From NCBI RefSeq assembly GCF_022539665.2, contig NC_081333.1, positions 12,338,001 through 12,402,000 of the forward strand: 64,000 nt of DNA, in the 5' to 3' direction. This stretch comes from Daphnia carinata. Its lineage: Eukaryota. The position numbers and the translations under genes were made by a program. The first letter of the stretch is position 1. Every line of letters begins with the position of its first letter. The notes under the pieces were generated by a model that was not told where the DNA came from, did no database searches, and saw only the letters and a list, made by a program, of their open reading frames with translations. Below, one piece after another: positions 25,101 through 37,714 of this stretch.

Positions 25101-26342
25101 AAAGAGATGATTTCATCCACAATATCATTTTGAAATCCCCATATTCTTTTTCCCAATATCCTAAATTCTATTTTTTGGCACTGATCTGCACACAGTCGAT
25201 GCAGGTTTTCTTCCGCTTCGGTAAGCTAAATGGAAAAAATCCGTTAGAAAACTCAAATTTCATTGACGAAAAAGGTTTTTAAAGTTGTGTGACTTCATTA
25301 CTTTGATTTTTATGGAATGAAGCTGAGTAACAACATCTTCCGATGTAATTCTTGTATCAGGTGTCATGGCCAGCATTTTTTCTATCAAGTTACGCGCTAA
25401 ATGCTTGTGGGAAATTTCTATTTTTCAAAAATAATAGTTATATTAACAAAATATAACTATATATTATCAAATATATTATCAAAATATTTCATTATCATAC
25501 TTATGTTATGTGATCTACCTCAAGTGGCAACTTACCACTCATATTAACTGGATTTTGGTTCATGATGTTCCTCACAATTTCTAAATCACTGTTACCGTAG
25601 GGATGTCTTCCTTTCAACAGAATATATCCGAAGACGAGGCCTTCTGCGTAAATATCACTTTTGCTGGATTCTTTAGTTTTTTCAATGCGTAGGTTTCTGC
25701 CCATCATTTCCATGACTTCGGGAGCGAACCAATGTTGAGTCCCTTTGATTCCACTCATTGTGAATGTTCCGCGTTCATTCATTTCTCGTGGCAATCTAAA
25801 ATCAGCCCACTTGATCGTTATCCCCTCAGCGTGGTTAGTATGTTTCACAGAAATGAGAATATTTTCCGGTTTAATGTTCCGGTGGATTTGTCTCTTTGAA
25901 TGGATGTAATTGAGACCAGTGGCTAACTGGGAGAAAATTTCGAAATTATTTGGTAATTCAGGTCCTTTATATTTCCGAGGATCGTCCTCATTTAGGAACA
26001 CCTGATCCAATGATGCGTCGCACAAGTCCAAAGCAAAGTAACTGAATAACAGAAATGGAAATTCTCATTTAAATTCAAAGTTATCACGTAACAATCTTAC
26101 TTGAAGTCAGCATCGCTGACGCAGTGGAAAAATTTAACTATATTGGGATGGTCTAATTGCTCAAGAATTTTTAACTCGTTGTCAACTACTTGATCTTCGT
26201 CATTTTTCTTCTCAATTCTTTTGGCTGGGGCACGTCGACCTTCATATGTACCACAAAACACCGAACCGAAGCCACCGCTACCCAAAAAATCATGGCGATG
26301 GAATCTAATGCCATTTACACGAAAGGCAGTAGATGATGACAT
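24074..26342 (-). CDS. IRE1-like (pseudo)kinase fused to 8 full ankyrin repeats, copy B, ~671 aa
   Basis: Exons 26342-26101, 26041-25536, 25417-25302, 25225-24074, GT-AG and in frame (2016 nt), with the same intron positions as copy A. Motifs LGSGGFGSVF, APAKRI, HPNIVKFF, YFALDLC, IHRNIKPENILI, WADFRLP, WFAPE, KGRHPYG. Confidence 0.85.
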
Positions 26343-29300
26343 TTCAGGTTTTAATTGCAACCGAGGCTAGCGAGACAAGAACTTTTGCGGATTACTATCG
26401 GAAAATACCGTTTGACACTGAACAACTCTCACTTGCAAACGCAAATGGCTTTGATCATCTCAGCTTATCATCATGCATCATGTGAAGTGTCAAATATAAC
26501 TACCTGTTGACCCGTGTGAAATGTCAGTAAAGTTTTTTCGTTTGTTCATCAAAATTACTTCAAATCATTTTTACGGGATTTTAGCCCCTTGACTTGTCAA
26601 GTGATTTTGCATCGAATTGATAATTCAATTAATGTGCCTTTTCAATCATTTCATTTAATGTTTACTAAGCATAAAACATTTTATCATAGAGCATTACTAA
26701 TTGCGCATTATAACTACCGCTTTCAACCGCATACCTTATAGAATTACTGTATTTTCTCGTTATCTTTCCTGAAGCTTATCGCCCTCCTATTAAAAAAAAA
26801 TGCTGCAAACATGCTGTGAATAGAGGCTCTCTCATTTCTATGACGAACATAGTACATCTATTATATTATATTTTAAGATAATTTAAATATTATTTTGCTT
26901 AGTACCGAAACACACGTTGGTCAGAAACAGACCTGATAAGACGACTACAATTGCAACAATCTAAATACATCAGTCGAAAAATAGCCTATTATGCTGCATT
27001 GATCATCCTAGAATTTTAAAGTTGCTGTTGGTGGCGCCAGTTGGAAGGTAAAACAATCAAACAACTTGAAATTGCGACTGTTTTCGGTGAACACCTTGGA
27101 AATATCAGTGCCATTAAGCCGTGTAACATAGTCGCGTGCGTATTGCACCATCGGCTTGGCACAAGTGAAGGTCGGACGCTATCTTGTTTGAAGCGATTCA
27201 CGTAAAACTAACTGATTACCTAGATGCAGCTGTTGGGGATGGGGGACAAGTAGCGCGGCCAGGTTAATGAAAGATGTCATTAAAGGCGAGGTGTAGGTGA
27301 AATCACTAATAAAATAACTCTTTTTGCAAATGAGGGCAAGTTGATCAAGTCGTCAGTTAGGTACACCCAGTGCTATCCCAACCCAAATCGTTTGCTCTCT
27401 AAATGTTTAGTTCAGTTATCACATTTTCCAGCTGATTTGCCGCGATGAATATTATCACTAAATATCAAATGTCAGAAAATGATTTGTATAACTTTTTCAA
27501 TCCCATGGGTTCATGTATTTAGCTGAAGCAAACAAACTAGACGTTGTCTCGGGATATGATGCGTTCGCTCGTCAGCTTTAGTGCACATTACGCAATTTTT
27601 ATTGACAAGTTGTTTACCTCTAAAGCGTAGCCAGCCAGTTTGGTATCTTGTTATCCCCCCACACATCTGTTTGTTTCGTTTGAAGATAAGCTTTGCGTAT
27701 CAGCCATTTGCTATTCGATTGCATCAGGTGAGTTAAAATGGTGTATAAAAAAAAAATGTGATTTCGGTTATTTCGTCACGTTAGTAGGCCACGAAATGAA
27801 GAACACAAAGTTTCAAAAGAAACTTTCCGGTTGCTCTCCAGATTGTCGACTAAAACGATTTCCGGTCATTCATTGCTAAATATTTGTCTACCATTCAACT
27901 ACTGAATGAGATATCATGGATGCAATCAATGATGTCATCGATGGCTCGTGACAGCATTCCCTGGCACGTCGGCACAAACAATGAATGATATTCGATGTCA
28001 GGGCGCAAAAAAAAAAATTTGCTTACAGCGAGCCTTGAGGTGAAAGCGAAATCAAAGGGTTCATTCTAATGTAGTGTTACCCTCGTTTTTGGCTGTGATC
28101 CACAGACGATGTGTTTGTCACTTCCGAGGCTTGATCAGTTCTAGAAGTGTGCTGTGCGTGACACTTGTAGTGTCTTGCTTGTCAATAGAATCGACCGCAC
28201 GTGTGATGATCATCCAACGGGGAAATGGGCGTTCAGAATGAAATATCTGATTAAATTTCTGGTCACTGGTGATTTCATTATCGAGCTGGAATGCTTGGCT
28301 TCTTATGGCCCGTCTTCCGCCTGTCGATAGAAAAATCTATTTTATTACATGTGTATTGGCAGGAGTGAAAGTAGTCGCACTTTCAGAAGGAAACCCCTGC
28401 TTGACTAAACTATAAATTGTGCCCCGCATACGTCGCGTCTGGCCGCTAGGGCTTCCGCGCCGCACCGAAACATTTCATTCAGAACGTTTGTCGATATATA
28501 TGGGAGAGAGGTACAAATCGATAACCTTATTTGAATCGTGTATACAGATCCTTGTGTATTGATGAAGACGGGCCTTGTCTAGTTTGCATCAAAGCCAGTT
28601 TCAAATATCCGATGACTTTGTGACCCCAAAAAGCACTTGACACGTTAGTTTATCATGAATAAAGTAATGAAGCTTTTCAAAAGTCTTCAACATAATTTTT
28701 TGATCTAATTTTTTTATCCGTTTTGTCAATTGGAATTTCAAGTATTGTAGCTTAGAAGATACCCGTATCCGTGACGAAGTCTTGGCAATTCGCCAAGCTA
28801 GTGTAGGTGTAATTAGGAATAGCTCCGACTAATCAATGTGCTAACTACTTTTGTTATCATCAGATCCGTAAAATTGTGTAACGTTTAGGCTTTGCGTTGA
28901 ACTTTAATAATTGCGTTACATTTTTCTTTTGTAACGAATTTTTCGTTTTTTTGTGGTGATAAAATGTTCCAGCAGATGGCGTGTCGGCCATGCTCCCGGT
29001 TACCTAAAAAAAGCAAAAGCAGACGCTTTTTGTTAGTTCTGATCGCAAGGTGGAAAATAACTACATTGAAGATCGTGGAATTCTTAAATATTAAAGTAAA
29101 AAACAACAGCCAAATCCCTCTGATTATAACTAGGTAAGACAAACAATTTTCTAAGGTGTTCTCACTTACCCTTCCTCGTTCTTTGTTTACTCACAACGTT
29201 TATCAGGCTGCTGTAGATGATGAGACCGTGCTATAATGACTGCTATTCTATTTATCATAAAGGGCTCGATAACAGAAATATAGCTATGCACGAAAGGGTT

Positions 29301-30076
29301 TAGACTTATTTTAAAGATACCGCCAATATACTTGGCCCAAAGCAGATATTTGGACCTGCTTGCTACTGGGACTCGATTCACTCTAGGTTTGCCCTTAACT
29401 CTTCGAGGACATTATCAAGTCCACACTGATCGCTATTGCAAACTTGAATAACTAGCATATTGCTGTTATCCTTATTGCTTTTCAATGCATTCCTTTGTGC
29501 AGGTGCTGCACACCTGGATGAACAGGCAGGTTTTAGCTGGTTTTTCCCTGGTGTACACAACAAAGCTAGTTATTGATCCATTCGTATCAGCTTGAGGGCT
29601 TAGACAGTAGAAACTCATGCAACTTTCGCGAGTCATAGACCTTGGCCCGTAAAACGTGTTCTAGCAGAAACCACTACATGAACGATGTCCCCTCTGCCAC
29701 ACCCATTGTGCAGTAATTTAAATAGTTAATATCCGCCAATCCCTCTGGCGATGATACGTTCAATTCGTTTCCTGCAGAAATAGCTGTACGCGCGTGTGTG
29801 AATACTCTTCGTCTGTACGAAAAAAAGAACTTGTCACGTGACTTGGGAAACGTTCAACGGGTAGATGTACTCCCGCGACGTCACGAGGATAATTTTAACC
29901 GCATGGAAAGTCGCCATGAGGCACAGACTCTGTGGTGACGAGCACCGCAATTTATGTTGAAAGAGCTGTTACTTTCTCGTGCACGATGAATCAAGCATAG
30001 TTTCCTTCCAAATCTGTTTTGTCTTTTTTTCTATCGTAAATTTATTCATTTCTTTTTTCCCTTTCAACCATCGCAG

Positions 30077-33000
30077 ATTTAAAAAAAAAGGATCAAGTGA
30101 AAGGCGAGGCGGAAGTACCGGCCCGCGTTGCTTGCTATCGCCGAGCAACACTCAGCAATCGGGTGTTGCGAGCCAACAAACTGGCCGCCCCTCAGGCTCA
30201 GACGGGCTGCACTGTTGCAAGAATTTCAGAACGGCCCGCCATATTGCCTCTCCATACGCCGGTGAGCGGTCGAGCGAAAGACCAAGTCGTCAATCGAACC
30301 AGCACGTTGGATTCAGACACGTCCAAGACCGGTAAGTTAATGCAACGTTCCCCCACTTCACGATCTCCTCTCCTTTTTGGATGCCCGCACTCTTTTTCCC
30401 AGCGCGAATATATGAGGTTAGTCAATAGCTAGCACGGCCCCACTTAAAAACGAAGCCTTTCACTCACGCGGTGTAACGAAAGTGGAACCGTTGTGATGCT
30501 GTAATGATATTCTGCGGCACGCTGATGCCTTTTACAACAAATAAAACTTTGTAAAAATGCGTGAGATCTATAGAAATTAGAGAAAACTTGAGATGCGGGT
30601 TGACCTGTGAAACTGTAGCTTTCTACGACTCATCTCGGAGAAAATGATGAGGCCATGGGGTTGCTGCGGTTGACGATTTTTGTTTGGCTTCGTAGTTGGC
30701 ATCGAATGAGGGTTTTAAATAAAACTTATGTCGGGTTGTTTCGTTTGTGGGGGAGGGCTCAAGCTACCGGCACCATTGATCGCGCAAGCGTCCATTGTTT
30801 TTTGTTTTATTCTACTAAAAATAGAATCAAACAGTCGTTTAGTTCCGGAATCAATCGGCTTCGCATTAATGTTCTGCCGGCCTCGGGATTTGACATCGTC
30901 TACTCAACTCCCACTGTTTGATCTTTCTTTCTAGGTCTTCGCTGGTCGGCCTCCGCCGAGAACATCCACCCTGCCAAAGAGAAAATACCACTTTACACCC
31001 TACGAGCTGATTCTGCTGCTGCCCTCACCGGTAAAAAAAAAAAAGGCCTTTTTCACGTCACTAGTTGCATTATATTAAGAAGAAAAACAAAAAACATTGC
31101 CATGTTCAATCAGCCTACTTCTTCGTTACGCGTCAATGTCAATTGGTGATCGCCTATCCAGCACGCCCTGATTGATTCGCATCAGCGGAATCAATACCAA
31201 TAAAGACAAATTTCTAAAAAGGAGGGGGGGGGAAGGACCCATCTGTCGACATGTCATTGATTAGAAGACTTGTAAATTGTGATAACCTGATTGTGGAACA
31301 AAATCAATGTCCAAACTAAGTACCCAGGCATTTACAGCAACGTCGTTTGATTTTTTGAAAGTCTTTAGGGTAGGATTTAATTTTGTATTTTATGAAACTC
31401 GATTTTGTGTGGATTCCGCTGCGCCCTTTCCATGGAATTTATAATTTCATTCTCACGCCAAACTTAATACCCTAAATTCTCTCATCTTCATAATTCATCA
31501 TGAGCTTTTGAGTGGCATAAAGTCTCACGAACCACTTCCAGGGGTGGCCATTTCTCATTCGTTTTTCGTGACTGGAAAGTGGTTGTTTGTGTTTTGATAC
31601 TAAACTCACGTGGTACAAGTGAACAACACTTGTTCTTTTGTTGCTAACCAAAGCTTAACGTTCGTTCATTTATGATTGTTAACATCGTTTTTTTTTTGCG
31701 TCTTATGAAATGTCTTTGTTTTGCGAGTCTTAATGGCACCAAAAAGAACGAGATAACACACACTGATAAAATTGATTTGCGATTACATTGCTGTCTCTGT
31801 TTTTTATCCCTCGATAGGTTATCATAATCAAAACTGGTACATCCCGCCACCATCGCAAAGGATTCCCACCATAACCGAAGATCTGACGCCAGAACAAACC
31901 AAGGAAACATTGAATTATTTCCGTAAGTACATAATCTCAGCTCACTTCATTTTTGTTCTTGTATTTGTTGTCTTTCATTACCCGATTTGCGTGTTAAGGG
32001 TATTTTTTTTTAATCATTAAGGTCACATTCATTTCTACGCCGTAAGTGTTTTTTTTATTGATAAAAGTTGAACTTGCTGAGTTTAGAAAAAAAAAAAAGA
32101 AAGAACCTGATTAAGCTAACCGGTTTTATGGATGGTAACAACAACAACACAACACAAGATCACATCCACCAAAAACAAAACGTGGATGCGGTCACGTAGA
32201 CCAATGGTGGACAGGGGGGAGTGCGAGAAGTCTTGGCATTCTAATCACCGCCGGAAGGTGAAAGAGAATCCAGGTGAACGGTTCCAGGTACACGAGCAAT
32301 ATAAAGAAGGACGTCTTCACTATAAAGAAGTTGTTCCCTTAGCTTCTCCCTCTCTCACAACGCGAGTCTCAGCCAACCAAGTTGAGGGTGAAAGGCGCAA
32401 AGGGCATTGAGGAAAATTTTCTTGTAGGAAACAGTTCCCCAAAGAGTGTTGAACAACAAAGAGCCCCTAGAAGAGGAGGACGATGTTATATTTTTGAAGG
32501 GCGGAGAAATAACCTTGTGAACGTTGGACGTTTGTATCCGCTGCTTTTTGATGACTACACGATTCAACTAGCAAAACTGAAGCGAAGCGGTTGGTTTTCT
32601 CTTGGTCAGACGCTTGTCGGTCGATCACTCTCTGTTTGTGATTTCCTTTACTCCCGCGTTTTCTTCTCGTGAGGGAAACGATCGTGTTCAAAGAGAGTCA
32701 GTGGGTTTGTTTTTTTCGTATGTGTACCTGTTTTTTTTTGGTAACCAAAAAAAAAAAGAACAAGCGGAGGAGAGAAAGAGAGAAACTGTGGAAATGGGGA
32801 AAATAGAGAAGAAGAAGAATAAGAAAAACAATGGCTGTTTCGGCGGAACTAATTGCGTGCCGGTATTGCCGTCTCGGCGTACTGCGAGCAGCGGCCCAGT
32901 TCGTCCGCAGATCGCTTCGATCGAGCTCGGTTTCAGAGGGACCTCGAAGGTACCCGCCTTTCTTGTTTTGAATTTGGCGGCCGGTGTACGGTCGTCGCGA

Positions 33001-36000
33001 GTTACCATCGTCTGTCGATGGTCGTGCAGTCGAATCGGCGGAGCGATGTACGTCATCCACGCCGACGATGCCTTGGACTCGCTCATCGCCGACGTGCAAA
33101 GTCGAGGTGTGTTTGTTTGTTGCTTTCGTGTCAAGTTTGATCTGGAATAGTTTAGCCCACCCTCTCGTGTGTGTTTGGCAATATCACGTGTTCACCTTGT
33201 TTACGCAATTAACTCTTTCTTTCTGTTGATTGCATACAGTGCTATGCGGCGAGCGTCTCAGCCAAATGACGAAGACGTATAATGACGTCGCAGCGGTCAC
33301 GCGCCTACTCGAAGAGGTAAGCGTGCGATTTTTGTTTTATTCCTAATTTCTGTGTATTCCTTGAATTGTCCAAATTAAAATAATTTGATGGTGAACGAGT
33401 GGGCAATGACGTGTCTTCTTTACCCGTGTAAATAACCTTGTAACGAGGCTTTAAAAAAAAAGCCGACATTGAGAACGTAATCAGCTTTTCCTCTTTGTGA
33501 CCTCTAGTTTTTTTGTTTGCTCGTTGTTAGTGGGTTAATTAAAAAAAAAAAAAAGGAAATGTCGGACGAGACTTAAATGTATAACATCTAGAGCGTCAGT
33601 CACGCGGGGCTGGATCCGCGGCCGTTCGTACGTCGTTATAATCATCCCCCCTATCGAATTGGCCCTAGGCGTAGTGGTCGATTGTCGTTATCACGCAACT
33701 CTAGTGACCATTTTTTTTGTTGTTGTTTTCTGGGGGTCCTCGTTTATGATTATTGCGTTCGTTCTTCGCATTGTCAATTTTCCCCGTGACAACACGCCTC
33801 AGGCGTGTGAGTAGTTTCGAACGAATAAAAAAAAAACGATTGTTAAAGACCAAACGATTGTTCAAACTTATTCGAGAACTAGTCCCGCTCTGATGGTTTT
33901 ATTTCTTGCGCTTCCATTTGGGGGGTAGATGACAGGTGGTCAAACGAGTTCATTTCCCCCCTTGAAAAAAAAAAACGTAAAAAAAAATTGTACCCCCCTC
34001 AGTGGTTGTTGTTTTCAATCTTGATTAAAACAACAAACATGGCGACTGCCGTGCAAGTGTCAGAAAAAAGCCTTTGCGATTCGTTGGTTGGTCACGATGT
34101 CAGCGTTGTCAGTTCGTTGATCATAATGGATGATTTGCTTGAGCAGAAGGAGAAGGACCTGGAGTTGGCCGCCCGAATCGGCCAGGGCCTACTGACCAGG
34201 AACAAGGCGCTTGAAGAGCGTTTGGTTGCCGTCGAAGGAGAACTGACGAATGCCCATGAAACAGTCACCCAATTGCGGCATGATCTCCTCCTCAAGGGCG
34301 AGCTCTTGCAGCTCTACAGCAACGATTTGGACGACAGCAGTCCGGAAGGCGGTAAGACAAGTTTTTTGCATTTTAATTCTCGTTAAAGCAATTTCAATTA
34401 TTATTTAAAAAAAACAGTGAGAGCTTTCACAACTGACTTACTCCAACGTAAAGTTAAGGGATTGGAAGATGACAACCGCAAATTGCGGGCGGAAGCCTCC
34501 CAGCTGGCCAACGAGTCTTCGGAGACTGAACTTCGCGAAGAACAACTGCTGCACCAAGTCGTCGCTCAACTAGGTACAGTTACGCACATCACTAGGATCG
34601 CTGCTTTTCAATGTTTTCCCCACTGTGCTTTTCGTTAACGCATAATGATTAGCCACAGGAATGTTGCCCATTGGAACCAGCCGTTTATTTTTTGTTGTGA
34701 AGTATCGTTTCATTAATTTCTTTCCCGCCGCTTTATTTCCATATGCCACCAGCTGAAGCCAATAGCCACATCAAAAATCTGGATGAAGAACTGGCCAATA
34801 AGTATGATGAGACGAACAAACATCGCGAAGAGATTACCAGCTTGCTGGGCCAGCTGGTCAGCCAACGGCACAAAATTCGTGAGGTAAGAAAGACAAATGG
34901 CTATTTAATTCTGGTAAATTAAAAACTGATGTTTGCTTTTTTTTTCCAGCTGACACTAGAAAACGAGGACTTGACTATGCAATTGCACGTGGTGCGTGAA
35001 TGCCAGAACGAACTGGCCGTCGAATTGTCTGAATACAAGGACAAGTATGCTGAGATCCTTGAATTGCTTCACGAAACGCAAGAGCAAGTGAAAGAGCAAA
35101 ACAAGCGGAGTCTTCCTACTTCTCGCGGTTTGGCCGGCGCTTCTGCACCGCCCAGCAGAGCAACTTCACATTATCACCCGGATTCTTTGGCCTCGGAATT
35201 AGAACTCTCTTCACTCGGCTCGGAAAGTTGGCCATCCGAGATTAGTTCCACGCCGCAAACCCTCCCTTCTCGGTATTTTTATTTTCTCATTTTCCATGTG
35301 CTCTTCATCACTTTCGTGAGTTGGGGCAGACGTGAGACCTTGTTTATTCATTTTTGGAACGCTTTTTTTTTTGGGTTTTGCTGTCATAGGTTTCAATACC
35401 AGCGTGTTTTCGATACGGTCCGGTGCGCATCAATGGCTGGCGAGCCAAGGGTGCTAGCATCGACACCGACGACTGATGGGCCTCGAATGCCACCCCGGCT
35501 TGTGGTCAACACTCCGATAGCCGAAATCAGTCCGTCTTTCCAGAAGGCCCAATCTGTGCTAGAGAAACTGACAGCAACGTCGGAAACAGACTACCCGTAA
35601 TGGATTTTCTTTTTCTATTTCTTGACGATGTGTGGCCTACATCGTCCAATGCTCTCCTTCTGTACAAATATAAACAAACAAACAAAAATTCGTGTCACCA
35701 GGGCGACTACGAAGGTGGGCGTACCAGGAACGCCGGGAACGGTCGATTTAACCCACGCACTACGTCGATTGGCACCCAAAACTACTGTTACTGGCCCATC
35801 TCACGATGGGCACGGTTGCAGGACGCCGGACAGTATCATGTCAACGGGAAGCCGATCTGGGTTTAGCAGCCTTAATTCTTTTCATTATCCAGAAAAGCTC
35901 AAGGTATACACACATTTGGTATGTAATTAAGTTGTCGTGACTCGAACTCTGCTCTTAACAACGTAACGACTCTTAATTGCGGACAGAATCCCTCTTTTTC

Positions 36001-37714
36001 AGCTACATTGATCCCGCCTTTCTTCGATGCCAATTGCTTTTTACCATGCTCGTACATCTTATTGTTTATGACCTCCGTTGGTCTCTTTTTCTCCATTTAC
36101 ACAACCAGGATAAGTGTGCAAAAACGCGTCGAAAAAAGAAACAGTAGGGAGGAGATAGTTCCATGTCGCTAAATTTTCCCTCGATTGCGGTACAATTTCT
36201 CTTTTTTCCATCTCGATAATGGCGTTGGTAATCGCTGTCAACTGGACCAAATGGGATTCGATTACGATCGAAATCTTTAAAACGCGTTTTCGTTGGCAGC
36301 TGTTAGATTTTTTTTTAGGACTGACGTGCGCACTGACACGAATATGAATAATGCCATTGACTTTTTCTCACGGTCGATGACGTGTAATTAGCTAATTTGT
36401 TTTATTCTCTATTCCCTTTTTTTTTTTATGTGTCTTGTATTAGATCATTAAACCGATGGAAGGTTCCATGACGCTGCATCACTGGTCTCGCTTGGCCACT
36501 CCGCACCTGGGCACGCTGTTGGAAGAGAGACCCGGTGTGGCGACGCGGGAAACCAAGTCGAAACAGATGGACGATTTCAACTATCAACGGGATTTCCTAG
36601 GTAAAAGTTGTTTTGCCTGCTTTCAAATGTTTTTTTTTTTTTTTTTTTTGTTACTCAATTAACCACCAAAGGGAAAATGTTTATAGAAATGTACAGTTTG
36701 TTTGACGTCGAAGAGGATGAGGAGATGGAAACGTTGCCCGGCAAAACGTTCGACACGTCCGCACCTGTTTACACGTTGACCAATTCCACAGCGACGCATC
36801 CCAACAATTTGACGAGCGTCACTTCATCGTAAGCCACATGTCAAACGCCCTTTTTAATGCGACAATCTATTTTGATAATCTTCTTTTTTGCTTTTGAAAG
36901 GATGCAAAGTGCTTATATGACGTCATCGGTCGATTATCCTAGTCTAAATCATTCAGTCAATTCGGTGCAGTCTGGCAATCGATCAGAATCCGTACCCACT
37001 TTACCCTCCCAACGCAGACTAGTCGAAGCCTTACATGAAAGAGGAGTTGGCCATTCGATCGTTGGGTGGAGTGGCCTGTCGACCCCCAACAACAGTCCGG
37101 GCTGTACGTCGCCAGATGGGTCATCCTCTCACTTTCTCCACGAAACGTGGGAATTCCTAGCCGAAGGAGCCAAAATGATAAGGCGGACGTTAACTGGCCA
37201 AGAAACGCCCCTCCCAGCTCGTCGTTGTGTTCCTCGCATTGCACGGAAAGAACTTGAGGTATTTGGAATGTGGCATATTTCATTCAAAAAGATAACAATA
37301 ATAAATTCCCCCTTCTTTTGTTTTGCGATTTTTTTCAAGACCGTCTCGCGGATGCATTTGCTGGATAAGTTGGAGAAATTGGGTCTGGACGAAGTGAACC
37401 AATGCTTTACTCCTGTGTCTCCCACAACGCTGAGGGTCGCGTTAGAGAATTTGACGTACGCAACTGACGGCCATCGTGACGATACAGATGCTTGGCAGAG
37501 CAACAAAGACGGCGTTGCCAATAGTGCGGTGTTGGAATCGCGCAGTCCCATCCGCAGGAATTTGTCGAATTCCAGCGTGGAGAACATGCCCAGCCCGAAA
37601 TTGAGCCCGATGCATCGATCGTCTTCTGTCGGTCTCAACATGATTTGTGATCTCGGCTCGCCTCCTAGCGTTGCATCCAACTTCGACATCCGTGCCAAGT
37701 TCCAAATCGTTTGA
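30077..37714 (+). CDS. milt: Trafficking kinesin-binding protein Milton/TRAK (HAP1_N coiled coil + Milton domain); the 5'-most exon of the long isoform was not located
   Basis: Exons 30077-30331, 30935-31030, 31818-31922, 33240-33316, 34147-34351, 34418-34573, 34753-34883, 34950-35272, 35390-35596, 35702-35903, 36444-36600, 36687-36828, 36901-37258, 37340-37714, all GT-AG and in frame. Motifs [94 protein letters not shown]. Confidence 0.92.

Larger units (their letters stand above)
19130..26950. repeat. Direct tandem segmental duplication: ~19130-22515 versus ~22700-26950
   Basis: Homology runs well beyond the CDS. Downstream: 19300-19800 vs 23290-23765 and 19130-19300 vs 22725-22900. Upstream: 21900-22510 vs 26350-26950, both ending in acacgttggtcagaaacagac. 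Confidence 0.9.

Noticed and set aside
27000..29900. Possible gene or first milton exon between the duplication and 30077
   Set aside because: Donor-like sites exist (e.g. cag|gtgagt at ~27728), but no ATG-initiated phase-1 exon could be supported.
37129..37698. 189-aa antisense ORF over the milton 3' exons
   Set aside because: Antisense shadow of coding exons plus a 3n intron; no motifs.
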